A DNA stretch of 47,470 bases from a virus (IMGVR_UViG_3300032247_001328:1-47470), one strand, 5' to 3'. Shown: positions 15,333 through 25,308, numbered from the stretch's first letter. The notes: a model not told the origin generated them from the sequence alone. Made by a program: numbers and translations.

Positions 15333-15650
15333 TTAGAAGCGAAATTGAATCATATACTTTCGGATGCGAGAGAGTAGGTCAATAGCTAGGGGGGAGAGAG
15401 AGTAGAGATTATCTTGTCGGGTAACAAGTTGTTTATCCTGCAAATCGTGTAGGATGGTAGTGATAGTAGAACGTTCTATCTTATGGATGGATAGAAGGAA
15501 ATAATATAGGCTTGCCTGCCTGCCTATCTTCAATCGCTTAAGGGCAATTATAATTTGAATTTCGTTTTGTTTGAGTGTAGGAAGGTTTAGTTTCTTGCAC
15601 GCCACCTTAAGGGCTTGAGGGAAAAGGAGAACATATTTATCGATGATCAT
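15333..15650 (-). CDS. Winged-helix (MarR-like) DNA-binding protein
   Basis: LKQNEIQIIIAL...RSTITTILHDLQDKQLVTR...YSLSPLA. Confidence 0.65.
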   Translation of the reverse strand: MIIDKYVLLFPQALKVACKKLNLPTLKQNEIQIIIALKRLKIGRQASLYYFLLSIHKIERSTITTILHDLQDKQLVTRQDNLYSLSPLAIDLLSRIRKYMIQFRF

Positions 15651-16113
15651 TTCTGTAGGTGGTGTGTATAGATGGATAAATGTAGGGTGGTTGTTTCTCT
15701 TAGGAAGTAACACGAGCAGGGCAGGGCGAAGGGTAGAAAGCAGGGCAGATTGCCTGCATCCGTTTGCATTCCCGATTTCATTTATTTATTGCAATTCCAT
15801 TTACCATAATGGCACACATACACCTGCAATGCAGGATGGGAGCAGGTTTTGGGATTGTCAATGTATAATTGTGCATTATACAGATGTGACTAAATCGATT
15901 TAGGAATTGCCGATTTGATGCCCACTCGGTTGCCGTTTTCGGGTTCGCATCGGCTCGCCCAAGGGTATGATCTAATATATTACCCCGACTCTTTTCGCTC
16001 ACACAACCCATTAAATTTTTCATATTAAAAAATAACTTGTTTTTGCAAATATAGTTTTATTTCGTAATTGTATTTTATGTTATTAATTTATTCTCAAGTA
16101 TCAATTTAAGTCG

Positions 16114-16121
16114 TATATTTG
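16114..16121 (+). promoter_or_regulatory. Bacteroidota -7 element (TATATTTG) heading the late arm
   Basis: TAnnTTTG in an AT-rich context upstream of the plus-strand genes. Confidence 0.6.
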
Positions 16122-16367
16122 TGAGGTCATTTATTCCCATGTCTATGGGAGGCACATGGAGATAGTATCAAGGGGGCCAATGACGGGTAGAGAAGAGTGA
16201 ATGGTGACGGAGAGACTTCATCGATAGATGGAAGAGACAGGTCGACAGGCTTTAAGGCTGAGGATCCTCTCACAGGTGATGCCACCAAATAGGATGGACG
16301 ACCTTAAACAGCCCTACGGGGGGAAAGGGGGGTGTGCCCAATTGGGTTCTGGATTGCTTATCTCAAG

Positions 16368-16622
16368 ATGAAAAATTATACTAAAATATACTTTAAGCAC
16401 TTTGGTTATGTGATGGATGACTTTATTCCGTGTGAAGTGTGTGGAGACAGGGCAGTAGACATACACCACATAGATTGCCGGGGGATGGGAGGAACTAAGG
16501 ATAAGGATAGGATAGAAAACTTGATGGGATTGTGTAGAAAGTGTCACGTTGAGTTTGGAGATAAAAAAGAATTTACGGTTTACCTAAAAGATATTCATTA
16601 CAAAAAAATGAAGCAAATATGA
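16368..16622 (+). CDS. HNH endonuclease
   Basis: CEVC...DIHHI...N..GLCRKCH. Confidence 0.88.
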   Translation: MKNYTKIYFKHFGYVMDDFIPCEVCGDRAVDIHHIDCRGMGGTKDKDRIENLMGLCRKCHVEFGDKKEFTVYLKDIHYKKMKQI

Positions 16623-16759
16623 AAAACGAAGAAAAAGGCGAAAAGTACACCAAGGCGATGCCAAAGAAAATGGAAGAGATGATGGAAAAGAAATCCATGA
16701 AAATGTCTGGCAAAATGACTGGTAAAATGTCTACCAAGAAACCAATGAAGAAGAAATGA
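16619..16759 (+). CDS. Small Lys/Met-rich protein (46 aa)
   Basis: MKNEEKGEKYTKAMPKKMEEMMEKKSMKMSGKMTGKMSTKKPMKKK*; ATGA overlaps on both sides. Confidence 0.6.
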   Translation: MKNEEKGEKYTKAMPKKMEEMMEKKSMKMSGKMTGKMSTKKPMKKK

Positions 16760-16956
16760 TCTTTGAACCTGCCAACAGGGTTGATGTGAAGACTCCAAAG
16801 GGTAACGGTGTAATTTGGTTGGTAACGGAGTACGGTCACGAAACAGATACGATCTATACTGTTATTCTTAATAACGGAGAAATTTGGCAGTTTACACATA
16901 AGGACATAATTGTTTTACAGAATATAACATTTGGAAGACATGGCAAAAATGATTAA
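16756..16956 (+). CDS. Hypothetical phage protein
   Basis: VKTPKGNG...EYGHE...W pattern; coupled ORF. Confidence 0.65.
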   Translation: MIFEPANRVDVKTPKGNGVIWLVTEYGHETDTIYTVILNNGEIWQFTHKDIIVLQNITFGRHGKND

Positions 16957-17086
16957 ACGGGCGGATGGTACAAAATCACCGCACGGTCTTTGGGATTCAA
17001 TAAGAGAGAATAAGGGCTCTGGTAAAAAGCCAACCAAACAAATGTTGGCACAAGAAAAAAAGATTAAAGCTAAAAAGAATGGCTAA
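16940..17086 (+). CDS. Small basic protein (48 aa)
   Basis: MAKMIKRADGTKSPHGLWDSIRENKGSGKKPTKQMLAQEKKIKAKKNG*. Confidence 0.6.
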   Translation: MAKMIKRADGTKSPHGLWDSIRENKGSGKKPTKQMLAQEKKIKAKKNG

Positions 17087-17327
17087 ATCACCGGCTTGGC
17101 AGAGGAAAGAGGGTAAGAATAAATCCGGAGGGTTAAACCAGAAGGGAAGAGATTCTTACAATAAAGAAACGGGCGGACACCTAAAGCCCCCACAACCTGA
17201 GGGTGGTCCAAGAAAGAAGAAATTCTGTGCCCGGATGGAGGGGATGAAAAGGGAAAATACAAGTGCAAAAGTAGCAAAAGATCCAAACAGCCGAATAAAT
17301 AAGTCATTAAGGAAATGGAAATGTTAA
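17079..17327 (+). CDS. Small basic phage protein (DUF6321-like)
   Basis: AWQRKEGKN..GGLN...FCARM...SRINKSLRKWKC. Confidence 0.7.
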   Translation: MAKSPAWQRKEGKNKSGGLNQKGRDSYNKETGGHLKPPQPEGGPRKKKFCARMEGMKRENTSAKVAKDPNSRINKSLRKWKC

Positions 17328-17779
17328 TAACAAGAGACAAAGAATACCAACTTATACGAACCGTTATAGCACAGCTTGGTCCCACCCGTCAGCCGAGCGA
17401 TACTTGTGTTATAGCGGTTTTCCCTAATTATAGTGCCACCGCAGCAATGCACATTGCTCACGGTATTTCTAATAAAATCCTACCATTTTACTTCTTAGAC
17501 GTACCCGTTAAGGATGAAACTCCTCACCCGTACATTAAGGAGGCGGAGCACTTGATCTCAACGCTACCGTACAAGAATATCATACTCGTTGATAGCGTGG
17601 TTAACAACAACGACTACTACGACTGGCTGTTACCCATGCTTGATGGTAAGGATGTTAAGCTGGTGGCATTACTAAATGACATTCACGGGGAATTTATTTG
17701 CGATGCTATCGGTCAATTTTATGATAGTGAAGTAGAATCTCCACAATTTTATTTTGATAACCACAACAAACTTTGTTAA
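17315..17779 (+). CDS. Phosphoribosyltransferase-fold protein, possibly degenerate
   Basis: IILVDSVVNNN resembles a PRPP-binding loop. Confidence 0.45.
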   Translation: MEMLITRDKEYQLIRTVIAQLGPTRQPSDTCVIAVFPNYSATAAMHIAHGISNKILPFYFLDVPVKDETPHPYIKEAEHLISTLPYKNIILVDSVVNNNDYYDWLLPMLDGKDVKLVALLNDIHGEFICDAIGQFYDSEVESPQFYFDNHNKLC

Positions 17780-18348
17780 TGAGATCCATTAAAAAGATTA
17801 TAGTTACGCTAGAAAAGAATTATATTGACGAGTTAGATTTTAATGGCGGAAAAATTTATTTTGATTCAAGTTACCAGCCGGAATGGAATGCACAACCCTA
17901 CGGTATCGTGCACTCGGTTCCAGAAGTAAACCCAGTAATGTATGAAGGATTTATTTATAACGTGCAGGTTGGTGATAAGCTTTACTTTCATTATGGTGTT
18001 GTCACGGATAACGACAACCTTCTTGAGCATGAGGGGAAAGATTATAGATTGGTTGATTATTTTAATGCAATTGCTACAGTAAGGGATGGAGTTATTCATC
18101 CGTGTGGTGATTATGTTATTATTGAACCAATTGATGCAGAGCACACCTCTGAGTTTTTAATTATTCCAGAGATTGCCAAGAAAAAACTATCAACAAAAGG
18201 AAGGGTTCACGCATCAAACCATGCAGAAGCACCGGTTGGATCCATTGTTGAGTTTGATGAGATAGGAATGTTTGAGAATAAAATTGAGGGTAAAAAGTAC
18301 TACACAATGTCAATTAACGATTTAATTTATATACATGAAACAGTATGA
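17779..18348 (+). CDS. GroES-like co-chaperonin (apparently two domains)
   Basis: VQVGDKLYF in the first half; HPCGDYVIIEP...LIIPEIAKKK...GRV in the second half. Confidence 0.7.
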   Translation: MRSIKKIIVTLEKNYIDELDFNGGKIYFDSSYQPEWNAQPYGIVHSVPEVNPVMYEGFIYNVQVGDKLYFHYGVVTDNDNLLEHEGKDYRLVDYFNAIATVRDGVIHPCGDYVIIEPIDAEHTSEFLIIPEIAKKKLSTKGRVHASNHAEAPVGSIVEFDEIGMFENKIEGKKYYTMSINDLIYIHETV

Positions 18349-18688
18349 TTTATTAGTTAGAAAGTTCTACGTATTAGCAGAACAGGCACACATGGCCCAC
18401 GAGGACAGTAGAATGTTGGTTCAGCATGAGGCACTTGGTGAATTTTACGAGGGAATTATAGAAATAAAGGATAGGCTTATTGAGTACATGTTGGGCATGG
18501 GTTACATTAAGGTGGCAAAATCTGATATCTTAGAAATGGGTTCTGATATTGTTTCCGATGCATTGTCACTATCTGACTTCTTTGACAAGGTAGCGGTTGA
18601 ATGTAAGGACACCTGCATTAACAATATTGCCGGAGAGTTCAGGGAATCTGTTGGAAAACTAAAGTATTTTTATCTATTTAAATATTAA
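18335..18688 (+). CDS. Ferritin/Dps-like four-helix protein (DUF5856-like)
   Basis: H..HE...HEALGEFYE...DRLIE..LG. Confidence 0.65.
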   Translation: MKQYDLLVRKFYVLAEQAHMAHEDSRMLVQHEALGEFYEGIIEIKDRLIEYMLGMGYIKVAKSDILEMGSDIVSDALSLSDFFDKVAVECKDTCINNIAGEFRESVGKLKYFYLFKY

Positions 18689-18690
18689 TT

Positions 18691-18942
18691 ATGAAAAGTT
18701 TATTAATGGGAATTACGTTCATTGGTTCTATTGTAGCACTTGCTTGGATTGGTGAATTTACAGAACTTTCTTACGCACTGTGCTTTGTTGCAGCAGCATT
18801 GTTAGCAGCAATTAGTGCATTTTTTATTCAGTTGTTAGACCGACCAATTAAAGAATTTTCTAAAACATTTTTCTTTCAATTGTTTGCATTTACATTCTTT
18901 GTATACACATTGTTTTTATTAATTGCAATATTTGAAAGATGA
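18691..18942 (+). CDS. Small membrane protein
   Basis: Three hydrophobic segments. Confidence 0.65.
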   Translation: MKSLLMGITFIGSIVALAWIGEFTELSYALCFVAAALLAAISAFFIQLLDRPIKEFSKTFFFQLFAFTFFVYTLFLLIAIFER

Positions 18943-19256
18943 GTTATATATTCTTAGCAATTGCAGCAATATTTAATGCAATCATGGATACACTAACCCA
19001 TCACTTTAGTACTTCTGTTTTTAAAAATAAGAATGAAGAGTTTTGGAATCCAAATGTAAGCTGGAAGTTTGCAACATTCTTTCCCTATACCAAGTACAGG
19101 GTAGATGCATGGCACCTAGCTAAATCCGCAATGATTGTAAACATTTGCCTTGCCATAGTTTCCTTTAATGGAAACTGGTGGGAGTTCTTTATTCTTGGAT
19201 TGCTTTGGAATTTTTCTTTTAATATATTTTATAATAAAATACTAAGGAATGCTTGA
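18939..19256 (+). CDS. Membrane protein
   Basis: Hydrophobic segments; WNPNVSW and DAWHLAK motifs. Confidence 0.65.
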   Translation: MSYIFLAIAAIFNAIMDTLTHHFSTSVFKNKNEEFWNPNVSWKFATFFPYTKYRVDAWHLAKSAMIVNICLAIVSFNGNWWEFFILGLLWNFSFNIFYNKILRNA

Positions 19257-19707
19257 TTGCCTAACTGATAAGGGGTTAGTATACATGAGGCACCAAAGGG
19301 AAACCGAAGAAATAATTAGGAGGCTTGACTACACAGTAATCTCATTTCACCAAGACGATTGTCCGATAGATGTTTTAATAGCTAGGGATAATAAGTTGTG
19401 TGCAGTAGGTGAGATTAAATGCCGAGACAAGGCAGGTAGTGTCAAGCTAACGAACGAATACATCAAACAAAACGACTACTTAATTACAAGAGAAAAGCTT
19501 GAAAAGGGACTTCAAATAGGTAAATTATTTGGCGTCCCTTATTATGTTATTGTAAATGTACTCAATGAAAAGAATCTACTCATCTGGAATGTAGACAAGT
19601 TCAAAAGTGCAGTAACAAAAACACAATCAACTTGTAATGGAGGCGTTTCATATAGAGAAAATGCATTCTTAAAGTTTGAGGATGCCTATTTATATAAGTA
19701 TGAATAA
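19249..19707 (+). CDS. PD-(D/E)xK nuclease-like protein
   Basis: PIDVL...GEIKCR. Confidence 0.6.
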   Translation: MLDCLTDKGLVYMRHQRETEEIIRRLDYTVISFHQDDCPIDVLIARDNKLCAVGEIKCRDKAGSVKLTNEYIKQNDYLITREKLEKGLQIGKLFGVPYYVIVNVLNEKNLLIWNVDKFKSAVTKTQSTCNGGVSYRENAFLKFEDAYLYKYE

Positions 19708-20044
19708 TATTAATACGGGATCATTTGCAGAGTCATTGTTTGATAGCGAATGCATGCTAAGGGGTTATAATTCCTCTAAGCCAATTTGCGATACCGACTA
19801 TGACAGGGTTATTGAGGTAAATGAAAAATTATTAAAAATTCAGATAAAGTGCATTGGTAATAAGGATAAAAAGTTTAGGGTATTTCTTAGAAGAAATTAT
19901 AACTCAGCCGTGGACTACTATGCTGTTTATAACATTCAAGAAAGGTCTTGGTATTTTTTCCCTTATTCAAAACAAACAAGCGTAAGGGTATCAGAAAGAA
20001 ATCAAAGGTTAGAAAATAAAAACAATTGGGGGATTTTAAAATGA
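19700..20044 (+). CDS. PD-(D/E)xK endonuclease (PDDEXK_5-like)
   Basis: GSFAE...YDRVIE...KIQIK...VDYYAVY. Confidence 0.7.
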   Translation: MNNINTGSFAESLFDSECMLRGYNSSKPICDTDYDRVIEVNEKLLKIQIKCIGNKDKKFRVFLRRNYNSAVDYYAVYNIQERSWYFFPYSKQTSVRVSERNQRLENKNNWGILK

Positions 20045-20259
20045 ATTCGAGATTTATTACGCTTCAGGCCTACAACATTGAAACAGCCGGTGCAATCGTT
20101 TATGATATTAAAATAAATCCATTTAGTATTGAGTGTTTTTACAATACCAACGATATTTTAGAGGGATTTGATGCAACGTGTATTATTATTACAAAGACAG
20201 GATTAGAGTTTTCTATTGCGTGCAGTGCAGAGGAATTAGAAAAAATATTAAACCAATGA
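20041..20259 (+). CDS. Hypothetical protein
   Basis: ATGA-coupled ORF. Confidence 0.6.
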   Translation: MNSRFITLQAYNIETAGAIVYDIKINPFSIECFYNTNDILEGFDATCIIITKTGLEFSIACSAEELEKILNQ

Positions 20260-20855
20260 TTTCAGAAAAAGAATTGTCAAGAATGGAATTCAATCCACTC
20301 GTTAAGAAAAAACTGGCGGATGTTTACCCAAAGCTTGTACACATTATTGGAGAGTGTGAGGATAAAATGGCGAGGTATGTTCTACTCATGTACGACATTA
20401 ACAGCCCTTTAAAGGCACACTACCCTGAACTAGATAAAAGAAAACAGTTTGCTGCAACACTTGCAAACTATGACAAAAATAATCTTGAAAGTCTTTTCGA
20501 TTTTAGGATTAAAGTGGGAGATGAGTACGAACCCAACGAAAAACTATTGGATATAATCACAAATTTTTTAAAGTACCAGAACAACATGGTGTGGTACATG
20601 ATTGTGTCTAACGAGCAGGCGTTCTACGAGTACAACAGAAGGGTAATGATGCCGGTGGATGGTGTTAGGGATAAGGATATTCTACAGGCGGTAGAGATAA
20701 AAACAAAAATCATGCAGTCTATGGATGACATATTTAATAGATTGCAGCGTTATAATAAGGAACTATCCGGTGGAGATGAGGTATTAGAGGACCTAATATC
20801 TAAAAAAAGAAGGGTGCGTCCTGAAGATATTGCTAATATAACTTCAAATGTTTAA
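20256..20855 (+). CDS. Putative terminase small subunit
   Basis: Position directly upstream of and overlapping the large terminase; helical C-terminus. Confidence 0.45.
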   Translation: MISEKELSRMEFNPLVKKKLADVYPKLVHIIGECEDKMARYVLLMYDINSPLKAHYPELDKRKQFAATLANYDKNNLESLFDFRIKVGDEYEPNEKLLDIITNFLKYQNNMVWYMIVSNEQAFYEYNRRVMMPVDGVRDKDILQAVEIKTKIMQSMDDIFNRLQRYNKELSGGDEVLEDLISKKRRVRPEDIANITSNV

Positions 20856-22848
20856 AGAAATTAAGGAAGGATCGGTTGTTGAGATACAGGGATTAAAGTG
20901 TAATCTACCTAAATCCGGGCACGTATACAATGTAATGACCGGTGAGATTGAAAAAAGGATTATATATTCAAGGTCAACTAAAAAATCAGAACAGTACTTT
21001 GAGCACATTAGAATGCCAAAGGATTATTCTAGGTTAAGGGAACAGGAACTAGAAGAACAGGAAGGTAACAAGGAACACTTTGATCCAAAGCTAGAACAGT
21101 TTAGAAACCAAGAATGGGATCGAAGATTAAACGGTTACTGGTTTTATAACAATGGCGTACCAACCTATATTACGGGACTGCACTATTTTTATTTAAACTA
21201 CTGGACACTAGATACAGGATTGCCTAAGTATAGGGATACAGATAGGAAGTATTTTTATTTTTTACAGTACTGCATTGAGGATCCCGAGTGCTTTGGGATG
21301 GTTGAGATTACTAAAAGACGGCAGGGTAAAACATTTCGTGGTGGAGTATTTTTATACGAGTACACATCAAGAACAAACAACTCCCGATCGGGAATACAAT
21401 CAAAAACCGGAGCAGATGCCAAGGAGGTCTTTAGAAAAGCAATCGTACAGCCATTTAAGAAACTACCGGATTTTTTTGTTCCAGTATATGACACAACAAA
21501 GGGATTGACTCCATCCACCGAACTTAGATTTTTTAACACCGTAATTAAGGGTAAGAATTCTAATAAGATTAAAGATGAGAAGGAATTGGAATCCATGATT
21601 GATTGGAAAACATCCGAGGCAATATCCTATGACGGACAAAAGGTTCACAGATACTTGGGGGACGAGGTTGGTAAAACGGCAGACATTGATGTTTGGAACA
21701 GGTATCTAATTACTAGATACTGTCACTTGGATGATGAGGGTAAGATTATAGGGAAATGTTTATTAACCACTACGGTTGAAGATATGGATCAGGGTGGTGC
21801 AGCATTTAAAAAAATATGGGAGAATTCTAACCAATACACGATGTCTGGGAAAAGAACTCCGAGTGGATTATACAGGTACTTCTGCCCGTCAGATGAAACC
21901 AGATACTATGATGTTTATGGAATTGCAGACAAGAAAATGGCGTTTGATGAAATAATTGAGGAAAGAAAATTGTTGGCAAATGATACCCGTGCCTTAAGCT
22001 CTATTATTAGAAAAGAACCACTAAGCTGGGAGGAGGCATTTAGAGTTGATGGAGACAAGTGTCTTTATGATTCTATGAAACTAAACGAAAGACTAGACAG
22101 ATTAAGCTGGAAGGATAACATTACAACACGGGGAAACTTTGTGTGGGAGAATGGCGTTCGGGATTCTAAGGTATTATTTGAGCCGGCAAAGAATGGAAGG
22201 TGGGAAGTTGTTAATTTATTTGATAAAGCAGAAAAAAGTAATCAGGTTTACAAGAAGGGAGAAAGTGTTTACCCAAAGAATAATAATTTTATTATTGGAG
22301 TTGACCCGATTGATCACAATCAAACAACAGATGGTAGGAAATCTAACGGTGCCATTATGGTACTACAGAAGTACAATGAAATTGAACAGGGATTGTATAA
22401 CAATGCGTTTGTTTGTAAATACATTTACAGACCAGAATCAGTCCAATTATTTTACGAGGACTGCATTAAGACGGCACATTACTATGGTTGTAAAATATTA
22501 TTTGAAAACCAGAAGGTTGGAATAATGCACTACTTTAATGATAGGTGTTATGATAATTTTTTAATGTGGCTTCCAGAAAGAAATCAACCCGGCATCGCTG
22601 CATCCCCTAAAACACACCAATACATGGCAGAATTAACGGAGGCGTACGTTAATGAAAACCATGAAAAGCTGTACTTTAAGGATATTATTGTAGAATTGCT
22701 TAACTTTGACATATCTAAAACAACTGCCTTTGACGGAGCAATGGCTCTAGGGTACGCATTAATTGGAGATCAGGTTAAGGTAACCAAAAAAGACGTAGAG
22801 AAAGTATACGAAGTAAAGGACTATTTTAGAGCATACAAAACAGTATAA
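20848..22848 (+). CDS. terL: Terminase large subunit
   Basis: YITGLHYFYLNY, KRRQGKT Walker A, LGDEVGK Walker B, RNase H-like IIGVDP and ILFENQK. Confidence 0.93.
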   Translation: MFKEIKEGSVVEIQGLKCNLPKSGHVYNVMTGEIEKRIIYSRSTKKSEQYFEHIRMPKDYSRLREQELEEQEGNKEHFDPKLEQFRNQEWDRRLNGYWFYNNGVPTYITGLHYFYLNYWTLDTGLPKYRDTDRKYFYFLQYCIEDPECFGMVEITKRRQGKTFRGGVFLYEYTSRTNNSRSGIQSKTGADAKEVFRKAIVQPFKKLPDFFVPVYDTTKGLTPSTELRFFNTVIKGKNSNKIKDEKELESMIDWKTSEAISYDGQKVHRYLGDEVGKTADIDVWNRYLITRYCHLDDEGKIIGKCLLTTTVEDMDQGGAAFKKIWENSNQYTMSGKRTPSGLYRYFCPSDETRYYDVYGIADKKMAFDEIIEERKLLANDTRALSSIIRKEPLSWEEAFRVDGDKCLYDSMKLNERLDRLSWKDNITTRGNFVWENGVRDSKVLFEPAKNGRWEVVNLFDKAEKSNQVYKKGESVYPKNNNFIIGVDPIDHNQTTDGRKSNGAIMVLQKYNEIEQGLYNNAFVCKYIYRPESVQLFYEDCIKTAHYYGCKILFENQKVGIMHYFNDRCYDNFLMWLPERNQPGIAASPKTHQYMAELTEAYVNENHEKLYFKDIIVELLNFDISKTTAFDGAMALGYALIGDQVKVTKKDVEKVYEVKDYFRAYKTV

Positions 22849-22849
22849 A

Positions 22850-25270
22850 ATGATTAATGACTTTCCATCCCATTTAATACCGGCAAGTGAAAAGGGTAGA
22901 GAATGGATACTTCAATTTTTAAAGGCAGCATTTTCTTCTTTTGAGAATGATTTGCCAAGGGAAATATTTTATCATGCACGATATAGATATGAGGTAAACA
23001 AGCAGTACGCAATGGGTAACCAATCGGTTAACAAATATAAACCATTAATGGGAATTGATGAAGAAAGTAGAGAGACATGGTTGAATATTGACTGGAGTGT
23101 TATTCCTATTGTTCCAAAGTTTAGAAGAATTGCATTAGGAAAACTATCTAAGGTAGACTATAATTTTGTTGCAACGCCAATTGATTCACTTGCAAGTGGT
23201 GAGGCGGAGGATTACTTTGCAAATACCAAAGCAAAAATTTTATTAAGGGATCAATTAAAAACAATGGATCCTAGTTTGGCAGATGTTCCTGCACTTCAAT
23301 TGTCTCCAGAGGAGGCAAAGGATTTAGAGGAATTGGAAATGCAAATGAATTACACGTTTAAGCACAACATGGCAATTGAGGCTGAGATGGCAATTAAACT
23401 TGTAATGGAACAAAATGAAATTGCAAAGCTTAGGGATAGAGTTCGGGAGGATTTGTTTGATCTTGGTGTGGCTGGTTATAAAGAATCAATTGATACGAAT
23501 GGTGCCATAAAAATTCGTGCAATCAAGCCCAACAATATTATCATAAATCATTGTAAAAACAATGACTTTACGGATGCATCTTATATAGGCGAAATAATCG
23601 AAATGACTATTGCTGATTTAAAGCAAATGGCAGGTCAACAATTTACACCAGATGAGTATGAAACCATTGCCAAAAATGTAATGGGTAAGTATGGTAATCC
23701 AAGGGAGTGGCCATCATCACTATCTATTTACAATAAGGGATACGATAGGTTTAAGATTCGTGTACTAGACATGGAATTCTTTTCTGTAAATGAAATGGTT
23801 TACGAGAATAGGGTTGATAGGCGAGGAAATAAAATAGTATCTAAATTAAAGTACGATCCTAGCAATAGAAACAATGACAAGTTTGAAAGATTTGCATACA
23901 AAGTTGTTTACCGTGGTAAATGGATTATAGATACACAACATTTGTTTGACTATGGTTTGGCAACAGACATGAAGCGATCTAAGTCAAGTTTGATGGACAC
24001 TAAACTATCGTACCATTTATTTGCTCCCGAGTTTTATGACATGAGGGCGTATGGTATTATGGAACAGCTGGTACCTATAGCAGATGCCATTCAAATTGCT
24101 TGGTACAGATTACAGAACGCAATCAATCAATCAAGACCAAAGGGTATAATTATTGAAATGGGTGCACTTGAGGATATACCATTGGGTGCCGGTGGTAAAA
24201 AGCTTTCTCCAATGAAGGTTTTAGATCTATACAATAAAACGGGTACCCTTGTTTATAGAAAGATGGACCAGCAGGGACGTGCAACAAACTATAAACCAAT
24301 TGAAGAATTGGAGAATGGAATGGGCAGGGATGTTATGAACTACTGGCAGGTTATCCAGAATAACATTCAAATGATCCGTGATATTACCGGAATGAATGAA
24401 ATGACAGATGGATCAACTCCAGATTCTAGAACATTAACCACAGTTGCTAAATTGGCATACGAGGGTACTAATAATGCACTGTATCATATTGTTACCGCAG
24501 AAAAAAATATGCTAGAATCCTTAGCAAATGACATTATATTGAGAATACAGGATGTTGCAGAAAATGGAAACATGCAGGGATATATAAAATCATTGGGTGG
24601 AAATAGTTTAAAGTTTTTTAAATTATCACCAAAGGTTGCCCTTTATGAATTTGGCATTTTCTTAGAAGATAAACCAACGGATGATCAGAGACAAATGCTT
24701 CAGCAACAGGTTATGGCATCTCAACAGGGTGGATTACTTGATATCGAAGATGCAATTGTTATACAAAATACAGACAATCTTAAGGTTGCACAGCAATTAC
24801 TTGCATACAAAATAAAGAAGAGAAAGAAGGAGGAAGAAGAGAAGGCAATGAAGATGCAACAGATGAATGCACAGGTTCAACAACAATCATCTCAGGCCGC
24901 CGAACAGGCAAAACAGCAAACACTTCAAGTTGAAATGCAGGTTAAGTCTCAATTAATTCAGGTAGAAAAACAGGAGGAAATGAAACTTCTTCAGGCAAAA
25001 TACCAGTTTGAAATACAGCTTGAGCAATTAAGGCAGACAGGTAAGATAACCAGCAAGGATCTTGAAAACAAGGGTAAAAAGAGTGTTCAGAAGTTAAAGA
25101 ATGGTGAACCAGATACCGATGAACCGGCAGATCTATCACAGTTTCAGGGTGGTCCAATGCCTGAATTTAACAATGAACAGATGCCACAAGAAGAAATGCC
25201 ACAGCAGCAGCAAGAACAAATGCCAGAACAAGAGATTTCTCAAGAAAATCCTGAAGAGTCAAATATGTAA
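22850..25270 (+). CDS. Portal protein (crAss-like/Bacteroidota podovirus type)
   Basis: Follows terL; 806 aa; WLNIDW..IPIVPKF and IRDITGMNE..DGSTP motifs; Q/E-rich C-terminal coiled coil. Confidence 0.85.
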   Translation: MINDFPSHLIPASEKGREWILQFLKAAFSSFENDLPREIFYHARYRYEVNKQYAMGNQSVNKYKPLMGIDEESRETWLNIDWSVIPIVPKFRRIALGKLSKVDYNFVATPIDSLASGEAEDYFANTKAKILLRDQLKTMDPSLADVPALQLSPEEAKDLEELEMQMNYTFKHNMAIEAEMAIKLVMEQNEIAKLRDRVREDLFDLGVAGYKESIDTNGAIKIRAIKPNNIIINHCKNNDFTDASYIGEIIEMTIADLKQMAGQQFTPDEYETIAKNVMGKYGNPREWPSSLSIYNKGYDRFKIRVLDMEFFSVNEMVYENRVDRRGNKIVSKLKYDPSNRNNDKFERFAYKVVYRGKWIIDTQHLFDYGLATDMKRSKSSLMDTKLSYHLFAPEFYDMRAYGIMEQLVPIADAIQIAWYRLQNAINQSRPKGIIIEMGALEDIPLGAGGKKLSPMKVLDLYNKTGTLVYRKMDQQGRATNYKPIEELENGMGRDVMNYWQVIQNNIQMIRDITGMNEMTDGSTPDSRTLTTVAKLAYEGTNNALYHIVTAEKNMLESLANDIILRIQDVAENGNMQGYIKSLGGNSLKFFKLSPKVALYEFGIFLEDKPTDDQRQMLQQQVMASQQGGLLDIEDAIVIQNTDNLKVAQQLLAYKIKKRKKEEEEKAMKMQQMNAQVQQQSSQAAEQAKQQTLQVEMQVKSQLIQVEKQEEMKLLQAKYQFEIQLEQLRQTGKITSKDLENKGKKSVQKLKNGEPDTDEPADLSQFQGGPMPEFNNEQMPQEEMPQQQQEQMPEQEISQENPEESNM

Positions 25271-25281
25271 ATAATTATATA

Positions 25282-25289
25282 TAACTTTG
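25282..25289 (+). promoter_or_regulatory. -7 element TAACTTTG upstream of scaffold and capsid
   Basis: TAnnTTTG in the intergenic gap. Confidence 0.6.
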
Positions 25290-25308
25290 TATTACCAAAT
25301 AAATTAAT

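Noticed and set aside
15643-16023. ORFs 15643-15903 (+) and 15778-16023 (-)
   Set aside because: Atypical composition, no recognisable motifs and mutual antisense overlap in the non-coding divergence zone.
16258-16305. Hammerhead ribozyme (CTGAGGA matches CUGAnGA)
   Set aside because: There is no GAAA after the potential stem II and no suitable stem I/III arrangement.
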